Origin: Deltaproteobacteria bacterium
Lineage (GTDB): Bacteria > Desulfobacterota > Binatia > UBA1149 > JAJCZL01
NCBI GenBank assembly: GCA_029262415.1
Contig: JAJCZL010000058.1
Coordinates: 135,712 to 199,711 of the forward strand
Direction of reading: 5' to 3'
DNA: 64,000 nucleotides
Shown here: piece after piece, positions 19,503-28,973 of the stretch
How positions within the stretch are numbered: the first letter of the stretch is position 1
Layout of the letters: the number at the start of each line of letters is the position of its first letter
The notes under the pieces: generated by a model
Seen by the model: the letters and a program-made list of their open reading frames with translations, nothing else
Told to the model about the DNA's origin: nothing
Database searches by the model: none
Program-made: the position numbers and the translations under genes

Positions 19503-20360
19503 CTAGCTCCGTCGGCTCGGCGGCGGTTGCGGGTGATTGGTAAACAGCGCATGCAACCCCGTGCCGAATAGTGCTCCTACCGGGAGTGCAATCCAGGTCT
19601 GCGCGAGCGGACCGAAGAACACAGTCTCACCACCCAGCTTCTCACCGCCCGCAAGCCCCACGTGCACGGCCAGGCCGGAGATCAGCACTGCTGCGAGCGC
19701 ACCTTCGATTGCACCCCTCCCCGGCCACATCGCGGCCATGACAACCACCACCAGGTAGGGGGCGATCAGTCCAGCACTCCAGTACAGTTTTCCGACCAAT
19801 GGATAATCGGGTGCGAAGCCCAGCTGCGGGTAGGTCAACACAAACCGCACGAACACGCTCACCGCGAACGTCAACGAGACGGCGATGGCACCGAGTGCCG
19901 CGCGGTCCGGCGCAACGGCGACGCCTTGGCCGACCGCTACGATTTGTGCGCGTAAGACAACGAGCACGTAGGCGACGGCAAGCGCGTGCAATGCGGAGAG
20001 CGGATGGCGCGCGACACCAAGGAGTACCGCGACAACCACCAGAGTGACAATCGGGGTGCCTAACGCGATCGACCAGGCAGGCCAGCAACGTGGACGACTC
20101 GGGCCCGCGACGTTAAGTTGGATGGCGCCGCGGTAATCGCGACAACACGCCGCGAGCAGTGCAATTGCGAAGGGTGCGAACAGGCCCAGCAAAACGGCCG
20201 TGCGCGTCACTATTTCTGAGATCGGGTTTGCGGCCGCGTCAAAATTTCCACGCGCGGCCTCGGCACGAAAGTAGACATGGGCCACCGCCGGAGTCAGCAG
20301 GTAAACGAACGTCGCGTAGGCGGCGAACAAGCCACGGCGCGCCGGGGCTTTGAGCACCAT
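19503..20360 (-). CDS. Integral membrane protein, function unknown
   Basis: About 8 predicted hydrophobic helices. Start placed at MVLKAPARRG. Confidence 0.45.
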   Translation of the reverse strand: MVLKAPARRGLFAAYATFVYLLTPAVAHVYFRAEAARGNFDAAANPISEIVTRTAVLLGLFAPFAIALLAACCRDYRGAIQLNVAGPSRPRCWPAWSIALGTPIVTLVVVAVLLGVARHPLSALHALAVAYVLVVLRAQIVAVGQGVAVAPDRAALGAIAVSLTFAVSVFVRFVLTYPQLGFAPDYPLVGKLYWSAGLIAPYLVVVVMAAMWPGRGAIEGALAAVLISGLAVHVGLAGGEKLGGETVFFGPLAQTWIALPVGALFGTGLHALFTNHPQPPPSRRS

Positions 20361-20367
20361 AACCGGT

Positions 20368-20604
20368 CTAGCGAGACGTAGCCCGCAACCGACCGGAGCG
20401 GCGCACACGGCGCCCTAACCAGCCAACGGCAATCACGGCGGCGATCAGCGCAGCGATCGCGACGGTTCCGTGATACGGGTCGCTGAGGTAGTGTGCCGCT
20501 GTTGCCGCGCCGAACTCACCGTGGCCGGGATGCGCCCAGGCCATACCCGAATTCAGAACCAGCGCGAATGCTCCGAGTATCGAGATGCGATTGATCATAA
20601 ACAC
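20368..20604 (-). CDS. Small exported/membrane-anchored protein (HPGHGEF...HYLSDPYHG, possible metal ligands)
   Basis: N-terminal signal-like segment and C-terminal hydrophobic helix. Immediately upstream of, and co-oriented with, the 19503-20360 gene. Confidence 0.3.
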   Translation of the reverse strand: MFMINRISILGAFALVLNSGMAWAHPGHGEFGAATAAHYLSDPYHGTVAIAALIAAVIAVGWLGRRVRRSGRLRATSR

Positions 20605-20639
20605 GTTTCTGCCACAGAAAAAGGTATAGGTCTACACCA

Positions 20640-21698
20640 ATGAGAATAGAAACATCGATCCCTTTGGATGACTGGACGGCATCGGCCGAAGCCGCCTGCG
20701 AGGCCGAGCGAGCGGGGTTTGACGGCGTACTCAGCTTCGAAATCGCCAACGACCCATTTATTCCGCTGGCTTTCGCTGCGACGGCAACCGAGCGGATCCG
20801 TATCGGCACGGCGATCGCGGTGGCTTTCCCGAGAAGCCCGATGGTCACGGCGATGACTTCTTGGGATCTGCACGTGCAATCGGGTGGACGATTTACGCTC
20901 GGGCTCGGCACCCAGGTTAAAGGGCACAACGAGCGCCGATTCAGCGTTCCGTGGTCACCACCGCTACCTCGCCTGCGCGAGTACATCGGCGCGTTGCGCG
21001 CGATTTGGAAGTGCTGGGAGGAAGACGGCAAGGATCTCTCGTTCGAAGGCGAGCACTATAACTTCAGCCTCATGACGCCGGAATTCGCTCCCGAAGCCTC
21101 AGGTCTCGGCCCGATACCGGTTACCATCTCTGCAGTTCGCCCGGCGATGATGAGGTTGGCGGGAAGTGTGTGTGACGGAGTCAGGCTTCACGGATTCGCG
21201 ACACGCAAGTATCTCGAAGAAACCGCGCTGCCCGAACTACACGCAGGCATGACGAAAGCGGAGCGGCCACGCAACCAGTTCGAGATCTGGGGCGGCGGTT
21301 TCATCGCGACCGGCAAAACCGAAGAGCAAGTCGCAAAGAAGCTCGAATGGGTCCGCTACCGTGTCGGGTTTTACGGCTCGACACGCAGCTACCACGGCGT
21401 GCTCGCAGCACACGGTTGGGACGACCTCGGAATGAAACTGCACGAGATGTCGAAACGAGGACAATGGAAAGAAATGGCGGCGGAAATCTCCGACGATGTT
21501 CTCGCCGAGTTCTGCGCGGTCGGGACATACGACGTACTCGCCGACCGTGTCAAAGAACGCTTCGGTGGAATCAGCGACAGTGTAACGCTCGAATTTGACG
21601 CCGACACCCCAACCGGCGAAGCACGCGAGATCATCCAAGACCTGCAAAAGATTCCGTCTGAATTTACCAGCTACCCGACCGACTGGAACCGACGGTGA
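20640..21698 (+). CDS. LLM-class (luciferase-like) flavin/F420-dependent oxidoreductase
   Basis: TIM-barrel LLM motifs (GFDGVLSFEIANDPFIPLAFAA...RIGTAIAVAFPRSPMV...). Confidence 0.8.
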   Translation: MRIETSIPLDDWTASAEAACEAERAGFDGVLSFEIANDPFIPLAFAATATERIRIGTAIAVAFPRSPMVTAMTSWDLHVQSGGRFTLGLGTQVKGHNERRFSVPWSPPLPRLREYIGALRAIWKCWEEDGKDLSFEGEHYNFSLMTPEFAPEASGLGPIPVTISAVRPAMMRLAGSVCDGVRLHGFATRKYLEETALPELHAGMTKAERPRNQFEIWGGGFIATGKTEEQVAKKLEWVRYRVGFYGSTRSYHGVLAAHGWDDLGMKLHEMSKRGQWKEMAAEISDDVLAEFCAVGTYDVLADRVKERFGGISDSVTLEFDADTPTGEAREIIQDLQKIPSEFTSYPTDWNRR

Positions 21699-21725
21699 GC
21701 CGCTAGTGCGTTACCGGTACCAAAA

Positions 21726-22445
21726 TTAAAGGTCGTACTCGACAACCAGCCACGGTGCCCAAAAACCGGGCTCGGCACCGACTTCGTCTCGACCACAGAA
21801 TTCGGCTGCCTTCATAGCGTCGTGATAGGTATCGACGAATCCATCGGCATTGGGGCGGACACTCAGTTCGTCGGCCACGTCTTGCTCCAAGCCGTTACAC
21901 AACCACGAATGATAACCGCTGGTATCGTAGCCGAGGATCTCGAAACCGAGAACTCGTCCGCCGTCTTCTAGCGGCTGCAAACGGCTGATCGCCTCGAAAA
22001 CCCCTGATGCACCGGTTTCGTCGCTGGGCGTTTCGCTTTCGATAAACAATTCTGAGAGGCGCTCGGGCAAACCAAGTCCGAATAGGACCAAATCTTCTTG
22101 GCCCGGCACAAACCGCCGGACGAACTCGCGGGCATCGTCGGTAGAAAAGAACACATTAGGCCAACCGAATGCGCCCTTGTCGACGCCTTCCTCTACCCAA
22201 AGGCTCACCTGGCGACGGGCCGCCGCGTCCATTCCAAACACGCGAGCCTTCTTTGCACGTTCCTCGTCGGGCAACCGGGTCCAATCGATTGTCCAAAGAT
22301 CGGGAACGAAATCGACCAAACACTCGCTTGCGCTAAGAATTCGCTCGGGCATCAACTGGGAACAGATATAGTCGGGACGCAGCGTACGCTTGGCCAACAT
22401 GTAGCCTGCGCTTATCATCCCCGAGGTCGCCTGATCCGACATCAA
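21726..22445 (-). CDS. Hypothetical protein, no recognisable family
   Basis: 239-aa ORF with coding-like composition. No motif I can name. Confidence 0.45.
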   Translation of the reverse strand: MMSDQATSGMISAGYMLAKRTLRPDYICSQLMPERILSASECLVDFVPDLWTIDWTRLPDEERAKKARVFGMDAAARRQVSLWVEEGVDKGAFGWPNVFFSTDDAREFVRRFVPGQEDLVLFGLGLPERLSELFIESETPSDETGASGVFEAISRLQPLEDGGRVLGFEILGYDTSGYHSWLCNGLEQDVADELSVRPNADGFVDTYHDAMKAAEFCGRDEVGAEPGFWAPWLVVEYDL

Positions 22446-22608
22446 CAGCCTGCCTCCGCCCCAAACCCTCCCTAAAACCCTAGCCGAACGGGACGCACGC
22501 GCTCATCGTAGCACAACGCCGAGTGACTCGCTCCCGCCTGAATTTCTTTCTTAACTTCTCTCCAAACACGATCTTGCCAAGCCCGCGCAGCCTCCATACG
22601 AACGTCCA

Positions 22609-23151
22609 TCAGACCCTCCGCGCGCCGTCGAGCGGCATGCCGCAGGCTTGGCAATCGATCTGCGGCCCGTCATCGTCGATCCGAATCGGGAGGAATGTGG
22701 CGAGCAATACCCTCAACACGTATTTGAAACGGGAGCGCTGCGGCTTGCGAACAAGCAAGCCGCAGTGCGGACACGTGCGTAGCGACGCGAGCCCTTCGGC
22801 AACTACGCCGTAAGCGGGGGCTTGTACCGCCTGTGCGTCCTGTGCGATAGTCGCGCCGCCTCGGCTTGTTCGCAATGGCTCGGGCGGGCGCGCAGAACTG
22901 CCGTACCCGACCGACATCGATTCTTCAATAGTGGTTTCATCCAACCCCTGGAGTTCGGCAAGAATCGCTTGGGCCTGCTCGGCCAAACCGTCGGGCACCT
23001 GCAGGCGCACACCGCCGATCGCGAAAGGCATATGCGAGTTCAAAGAGGCGCTGTGCTCGTCGGCAACCACCGCGGGGATTCCGTGTGACTCAAGAAGTCC
23101 GCGTGCCATATGTGCCTCGTGGGCGTCCGGAAATGCCGCAATGGTCTTCAC
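22609..23151 (-). CDS. DUF2007-like (putative signal-transducing) domain protein with C-terminal zinc ribbon
   Basis: N-terminus AAFPDAHEAHMARGLLESHGIPAVV. C-terminus CPHCG...CQACG. Confidence 0.55.
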   Translation of the reverse strand: MKTIAAFPDAHEAHMARGLLESHGIPAVVADEHSASLNSHMPFAIGGVRLQVPDGLAEQAQAILAELQGLDETTIEESMSVGYGSSARPPEPLRTSRGGATIAQDAQAVQAPAYGVVAEGLASLRTCPHCGLLVRKPQRSRFKYVLRVLLATFLPIRIDDDGPQIDCQACGMPLDGARRV

Positions 23152-23335
23152 CCGGTCAATATACCCGCGCGGGACAGCTATTCGTAACGCGAATCTCTTC
23201 GGACCCTGGGGCCCGGCCGTCCGGGAACATTCATCGGGTTGTGAAGGTCGCGCCGAGGGGCGTCATGCCGTGAGCGGCTGTGATGTCGTAAGTCGGGAGC
23301 GAGGCCGCCGAATGCGGCCTCATGCCCGCGACAGG

Positions 23336-24142
23336 TCAGTCACGCTTGCGTGCGACGATGACGAAGTAGCTCGGCTTGCGTACTCTTTCGAGGGGCCGGA
23401 CTGCAAGGTTCGCGAAAGGCCGTGTAAACACTTTACGAACCGCTTTATTGAGAAACCAATTGGAGAGATCCAACTGAAACCCCTGGCCAAATACCTGGCA
23501 GCCTTCGCTCGCAAAACCGCTCTGCCCGAGCGCGACCAATAGCTCGGATGCGGTGAACTCGCGCACGTGGAAGGGATTCTCCGGCTTGTCGGTAATCAAA
23601 CGGGCCCCGGGTGAGGACAGGAGACGGTTGGGAGAAGAGATCAATAACACCCCGTCGTCGGTCATCAACTCGCGGAGATTCACCAATGCGGCGGCGTAGT
23701 CGTCGACATGTTCGATCGTCTCATACGAAACGATCAACCCGTAACGCTCTCGCGACTGAAAGTCCTCGATCCCACCCCGATGATAGCTGACGTTGGGAAC
23801 CATAGGACGGGTTCTCGCGAACGCCAAAGCATCTTCGTCGACATCCACTCCGTGAACAAGGGATGCCCCCGCACGGCCCAGCATCTCGGTGCCGTAACCG
23901 CTGCCACACGCGATATCCAGAACCTTGTGTCCGCGCGCGTAACGGGCAGCGAAGCCGTAACGCTCCTCGTGGGCCTCGCGCAGCCAACGCGATCGATGTC
24001 CGGGAATGTAGCGCTCCCCGGTAAATGACAACGCAGCCGGATGCGAAAACGAAGGATGCGCGATGGGGAGTAGTGAACCAAGCTCTTCGGTGGATGCAGA
24101 TTCGGTTCGCGTCTCACCGGTCTTTCTTGCCAGCAACCCCAT
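23336..24142 (-). CDS. Class I SAM-dependent methyltransferase (EPS-locus associated)
   Basis: VLDIACGSGYGT...DDGVLLISSPN. Confidence 0.7.
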   Translation of the reverse strand: MGLLARKTGETRTESASTEELGSLLPIAHPSFSHPAALSFTGERYIPGHRSRWLREAHEERYGFAARYARGHKVLDIACGSGYGTEMLGRAGASLVHGVDVDEDALAFARTRPMVPNVSYHRGGIEDFQSRERYGLIVSYETIEHVDDYAAALVNLRELMTDDGVLLISSPNRLLSSPGARLITDKPENPFHVREFTASELLVALGQSGFASEGCQVFGQGFQLDLSNWFLNKAVRKVFTRPFANLAVRPLERVRKPSYFVIVARKRD

Positions 24143-24152
24143 CTTACCCTCC

Positions 24153-25571
24153 TCAGTTTCTCGACACACGCCCGAAACACCAGGGTGCGAAACCAAAGCG
24201 TTTGCACACCAACCCGAACGAGGATGCGGCAAGAGCAACTGTAATTGTGCAATTGGTGACTGCCGCCCCGACCAGCCCGAACCGCGGTATCAACACCAGG
24301 CCCAATAGCACTTGTAACACCAGAGTACCGGCCACGCAGCCAGCGACGTCGCGCTCGCGACCGCCCATGAGCAACACCTCTCGGGTGGGACCTGCGGCAA
24401 CCTCAACAAACTTACCGCAGGCAACGATCGTAAGCGCCGCTGCACCGGCCACAAACTCGTGCCCGAAAAGCGAGAGGCAGAGTGGTGGGAAGACCGCCAG
24501 GCCGCCCAAGACAGGCAACGAGCCGAGTGTAACCAGCCGCGCCGCCCGCACACAAACCACGGCGAGCTGCTCGTGGTTGCCGTTCTTGGCTAGAGCAGCC
24601 ATTCGCGGCGATACCCGCGTGTACACGGGCAAACGAAACCAAGTCGCGACGATTCCCAGGCGGAGCACCGCGCTGAAAATGCCGACTTCGGCCGAACCCA
24701 CCAACAAGCCGAGCAGTACGCAATCAATCGTCCCGAGCAAGACAAGCAGAATTTCGTTACCGAAAAAATACCCGCTCGAGCGTGCGCGCAACACGCCTTC
24801 GTTCAAGGCTGTGGTGAAACCTGCGCGCGCGCGCGCAGCGGAACCCCACCCTGCTGCAGTGGCGGCAGACGGCCCCGGTAGCCTACTCAGCGCGAACACG
24901 AACGTGAAGGCGCACGCTAAGGTCACCGCTAGCGTGTACACCAGCGCCGCGCCGCGGGGATCGCCGCCGATAGCCGCGAATGGGACCAATGCCAATGCCA
25001 GTGTAGGCACCGCAGCATTCTCGAAGAAGGTTGAGCCAGCCGCAGCACCGGTTCCGGCGAGGAACCGGCAGTTCACGACCAAAAGCGAAAGCGGCACAAC
25101 CGATAGAGCGATCGTACGGTACACCGGCGTGAACATGCCACCATCAGCAGCGGACGGCGAAAACAGCGGCTCTGCGGCCATCATGAGTGCAGATGCGGCA
25201 AACCCCACGAGAGCGACAACCGCGACCGAGCCCGCATAAACCCGACGAACCTGCTGCGTCCGCCCCTCGGAAAGCGCCCGCGCGGTATCTCGCAGCAGCC
25301 GCATACCGACGCCGAATCGGGCGAAGGTCGCGGCGACCAAACCGACGGCGACCGAGAACTGGAATACTCCCGCACCCGCCGCGCCGAGCAGGCGGGAGAC
25401 CGCGACATTGAACAGGAAAGCCGCGGGCAACCCGATGGCCCTGGCCATCAGGACCAGCGGGATCGACTGCGTCGGCCCAAGTTGAGGCGCTACGGCCGCT
25501 CGGGCCCGCACTGCCGCAGCGCGCCGGCTCGCGGCAGCGGCCGGCGAGTAGCCGGCCTCAAGCAAAGACAC
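24153..25571 (-). CDS. wzx: Polysaccharide flippase (Wzx/MOP superfamily)
   Basis: 472 aa, about 12-14 TM helices, typical composition of polysaccharide biosynthesis proteins. Confidence 0.65.
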   Translation of the reverse strand: MSLLEAGYSPAAAASRRAAAVRARAAVAPQLGPTQSIPLVLMARAIGLPAAFLFNVAVSRLLGAAGAGVFQFSVAVGLVAATFARFGVGMRLLRDTARALSEGRTQQVRRVYAGSVAVVALVGFAASALMMAAEPLFSPSAADGGMFTPVYRTIALSVVPLSLLVVNCRFLAGTGAAAGSTFFENAAVPTLALALVPFAAIGGDPRGAALVYTLAVTLACAFTFVFALSRLPGPSAATAAGWGSAARARAGFTTALNEGVLRARSSGYFFGNEILLVLLGTIDCVLLGLLVGSAEVGIFSAVLRLGIVATWFRLPVYTRVSPRMAALAKNGNHEQLAVVCVRAARLVTLGSLPVLGGLAVFPPLCLSLFGHEFVAGAAALTIVACGKFVEVAAGPTREVLLMGGRERDVAGCVAGTLVLQVLLGLVLIPRFGLVGAAVTNCTITVALAASSFGLVCKRFGFAPWCFGRVSRN

Positions 25572-26838
25572 GACCGTATCGCACGGTTTCGAGCCTTAGG
25601 TAAACGAAAAACATTGCGACCGCAGTTATCTGCGACGTGTAAGCCCAAATACTCACAATCGGCGACCACACGATGAATGTGTACACACACAGCAGAACGC
25701 CCACGGCGTAGGCACTACCCGCGCGAGCGCGTCGGAACGCGATCGCCCCGATCACGCCGAGCGCGAGCATCACAACGCAACAACCGATCACCCCGTAGTC
25801 CATAATGAGGCCCCGGTAAACAGAGAAGATATTCGAAAACTCTCCGCCTCCTAAGTCGACGAAATCGTCGTGGACTCCCAGTACGCGGGAACGAAGTCCG
25901 GAAAGTGCAAAAAGACCCATGAAAGTAAAGTAGCCGTAATTCAGTGTTTCCCCTCCGAACTGATGAGCGTCAAACCACGACGTGAACCCCGCCACCGTTC
26001 CGAGCGGCCACTTCCGAAGATGCATAACCACTTCGCCAACGCGGCCCACATCAATCTCGCCGATACGCGCGAACTGTAGGGCGATAAACATGGCGGCGGT
26101 TGCACTGAGACCCACGATACCACGCACAACGGTACGACGGCTTAGTGTCGTTCCGATTCTCGCAGGGTGGTAGTACACCCAAGCGGATAAGAACGAACTG
26201 AAGTATAAAACGATATCAAACAAGACCGAGGCGCGTGTGGTTAAGATAGCTGCTATCAACAAAGCCGGAATGAAGGGTAGGACGCTGAGCATCGACTGTT
26301 TGCGATTTACGTTGACCTGCGCAGCGGTACGGACGGCGGCGATCATGACTGCACAGTGCGCAGGGGCCATCAAGATACGTGCTGTAATCGGCATGGTGTA
26401 TCCGTAGATGTAACGCTCGCGTGTCATCGCGTTGGCCATCTTCAGGTACAAATCTAGATCGAAGAAGTAGGCGATCCCGTAGCCCGAGGTGTACATAACG
26501 ATAAGAGACGAGATCATCCCTGACGCGGTTCCAGCGAGGATCCAGTAGGTCGAGTACTTCGTTAGCTCGTAACGCGGGATGCGCGCCTCATCGACGGTTT
26601 GTGACCCGCCGCCGCGTTGTTCGACCGCCACAGAACCGATGAGCGTCAAGACAATCATCAGCAACAGGAACATCGACGCCCGAGGACTGAAGTTGTATCC
26701 GGGGACGAGGATCAGCGACGCAAGGATCACGCCGGTCCAGATAACCGCGAGCGCCAGGGCCGGCTTGATACTGTAGCCGAGCATCCGCCAACCGACCCCC
26801 AAGGTGAGCAAGTAGGCCAATATAATGAGGAAATTCAC
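25558..26838 (-). CDS. Oligosaccharide repeat-unit polymerase-like membrane protein (Wzy-like)
   Basis: 426 aa, polytopic with a large loop. Located between wzx and the GT genes. Confidence 0.5.
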   Translation of the reverse strand: MNFLIILAYLLTLGVGWRMLGYSIKPALALAVIWTGVILASLILVPGYNFSPRASMFLLLMIVLTLIGSVAVEQRGGGSQTVDEARIPRYELTKYSTYWILAGTASGMISSLIVMYTSGYGIAYFFDLDLYLKMANAMTRERYIYGYTMPITARILMAPAHCAVMIAAVRTAAQVNVNRKQSMLSVLPFIPALLIAAILTTRASVLFDIVLYFSSFLSAWVYYHPARIGTTLSRRTVVRGIVGLSATAAMFIALQFARIGEIDVGRVGEVVMHLRKWPLGTVAGFTSWFDAHQFGGETLNYGYFTFMGLFALSGLRSRVLGVHDDFVDLGGGEFSNIFSVYRGLIMDYGVIGCCVVMLALGVIGAIAFRRARAGSAYAVGVLLCVYTFIVWSPIVSIWAYTSQITAVAMFFVYLRLETVRYGRVFA

Positions 26839-26861
26839 CGCACCGCCACTCGCCTACGTCC

Positions 26862-28019
26862 CTACCGCGTCGTCTCCATCTGCGTCCAGAAAGGCACTCG
26901 CGTGCCGATCAGTCCGCGCGCCACCCCCACGGTGGTTGCAGCTACTGTTATCAGAAAGTAGCCAGGAATCGAAAGCACTCGTACCAGACGACCGCGGCCG
27001 CCAACCAACGCCACTCCCGCGGCCCCGAAGAACAAGATCTGTGCGGCCAGCGTCCAACCGTACAAGCCCTGCGGCTCGGCGGCGGCAAGGGCGGTGTTCG
27101 CGGCAAGCACCGCGAGCATGACGAACCCGCTCGCCCAACGCAGGACCTTGTGCGAAACCAGTTTGAACCAGTTGCGGCGTCCTACTCCGCGCAACTGCGG
27201 CACGATATGCAAGAAACTCGTCATCGATCGGTTCGCGATTCGGATCTTGCGGCGGAACTCTTCGCTGCTGTGCACCGTAGCCCGCTCGTACGCTTTCGCC
27301 TCCGGCGCGAACACAATCCTGGCCCCCTGTGCGATGACGCCCATCGATGTGCAAAAATCGTCGAGCACATGCTCGGGCAGCGGACGAAACAGCCGGCGGC
27401 GCACCGCAAAGATTGAGCCGTCGGCGCCCATCAGCGATCCAGTCTCGGACTCGGCGCGCTTGATCGCTTCTTCGTAACGCCAGTAAAGACCGCCGTTGGC
27501 CGCGTTCTCGGATTCGCCCTCGTTCGTGTAGTTGAGTTGCCCCTGCACGCAGCCAACCGATAGATCCTCGAACGGCCGTACCATGTAGGTGACTGCGTCA
27601 GGCGCAAGCATCACGTTCGCGTCGGTAAATAATAATATATCACCGTTCGCCGCGGCGGCGGAGTCGTTGACGATCGCCGTCTTACCGCGCCGTGGTTCGC
27701 CCTGAATAAACACGCCACCATCGGCCAGTGCCTCCCGGACAATCTCGTTGGTTGCGTCAGTCGAACCGTCGGAGGCGACAACCACTTCGAGACTTCCTTC
27801 GTAAACGAGCGCGCGTGTGTTTTCGATCTTCTTCGCTATCACCGAAGCTTCGTTGTGTGCCGGAATCACAACGGTAACCTTCGGAGGCTGTACGCAGGGC
27901 TGCGGATAGTCGCCGACAGGGTCAACCTTCGCCCACAGCGAAACCAACGCGGGGTAGCCAAAGTATGTGTAGACCAACAGGACTGCTCCGCCCCAAACTA
28001 CGAGTTCGAGTATCACCAT
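26862..28019 (-). CDS. Family 2 glycosyltransferase with terminal TM helices
   Basis: VVIPAHNEA...DGSTD...DAN...QG motifs. Confidence 0.8.
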   Translation of the reverse strand: MVILELVVWGGAVLLVYTYFGYPALVSLWAKVDPVGDYPQPCVQPPKVTVVIPAHNEASVIAKKIENTRALVYEGSLEVVVASDGSTDATNEIVREALADGGVFIQGEPRRGKTAIVNDSAAAANGDILLFTDANVMLAPDAVTYMVRPFEDLSVGCVQGQLNYTNEGESENAANGGLYWRYEEAIKRAESETGSLMGADGSIFAVRRRLFRPLPEHVLDDFCTSMGVIAQGARIVFAPEAKAYERATVHSSEEFRRKIRIANRSMTSFLHIVPQLRGVGRRNWFKLVSHKVLRWASGFVMLAVLAANTALAAAEPQGLYGWTLAAQILFFGAAGVALVGGRGRLVRVLSIPGYFLITVAATTVGVARGLIGTRVPFWTQMETTR

Positions 28020-28040
28020 AGTTGCCTCACGACGGTCGTT

Positions 28041-28958
28041 TCACCGCAGTTGCCTCGCAGCAAGCGACGCACTGTCGGGTAAAGCAGTGCCCACAGCCTC
28101 GTCGTCGCGCAAGTAGTTCCGGTAAGCGTAGTAGTGCGCATCAGCCAGGTGTGCGATCACCTGCTTGTTGGGAAAAAGACGGATCGCCCCATGCTCGCGG
28201 TGGTCAAAACTGAGCGTAGGTTCGTAACGGACACGGACGCCGAGCCGCCGGGCCTGTGCGCCAACGTGGACTTCTTCGCAGTACAAGAACGGTTGGTATT
28301 CCAGAGTGCCACCCGCCTCAAAAAAACACCGGTGAAAGAGCATGCACGAGCCATGTCCGGCAAAGATGTCGCGGGCTCGGGGGTCGCGAGCTTCGAGGAC
28401 ACCCGCGGCACCGACGTCCGACTTGGTCTTGAGTCGCTGCCTCCCGTGCGCCAGTAAGCGATAAGCGATCGCGAGCGGATAGCTGCGAAACAACATCGAC
28501 AGCCCAAGGTATCGGCGTGCGGAGGGCGCCTCTGGGTAAAAAGGGTTCTGGTCGGCCCCACTGCGCGCCGATCGGATTGTCGGCGCGAGAACACCGATCT
28601 TCTCGCGCGCGCACTGCGGTGCAAGTGCGTCCAGCCGTGCAACCAAGTCATCGGCGGCTGGTTGGAGGTCGCAGTTGCCGACGATCACCCACTCGGGCCG
28701 TTCGCCGCCCCCAGATTCGTAGGCACACAAGCCGTAGTATGCACCGCCGAAGTATCCACGGTTACGGCCGTCACCGACGAGCGCGAACCCGGTGCGTTCA
28801 CGTCGGTAGATCAGGTGCTCACGGTCGGGTGGATCGCTGTTGTCGACGATTAATAGGTCGATTCTTTCGCGGTCCTCGAGCCGGTCGATCGACTCGGCCA
28901 GACGCAGCGCATCGTCGTTGCTACGGTAGTTAACGGCTAGAAAAAGAATACGGTTCAT
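28041..28958 (-). CDS. Family 2 glycosyltransferase
   Basis: LAVNYRSND...VDNSD... GT-A fold motifs. Confidence 0.7.
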   Translation of the reverse strand: MNRILFLAVNYRSNDDALRLAESIDRLEDRERIDLLIVDNSDPPDREHLIYRRERTGFALVGDGRNRGYFGGAYYGLCAYESGGGERPEWVIVGNCDLQPAADDLVARLDALAPQCAREKIGVLAPTIRSARSGADQNPFYPEAPSARRYLGLSMLFRSYPLAIAYRLLAHGRQRLKTKSDVGAAGVLEARDPRARDIFAGHGSCMLFHRCFFEAGGTLEYQPFLYCEEVHVGAQARRLGVRVRYEPTLSFDHREHGAIRLFPNKQVIAHLADAHYYAYRNYLRDDEAVGTALPDSASLAARQLR

Positions 28959-28973
28959 TGGTTCTCTTTCCGC

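Noticed and set aside
22649-22664. TTGGCAATCGATCTGC, a sigma-54-like motif
   Set aside because: It lies inside the coding region of the DUF2007 gene on the opposite strand, with no gene downstream in its orientation.
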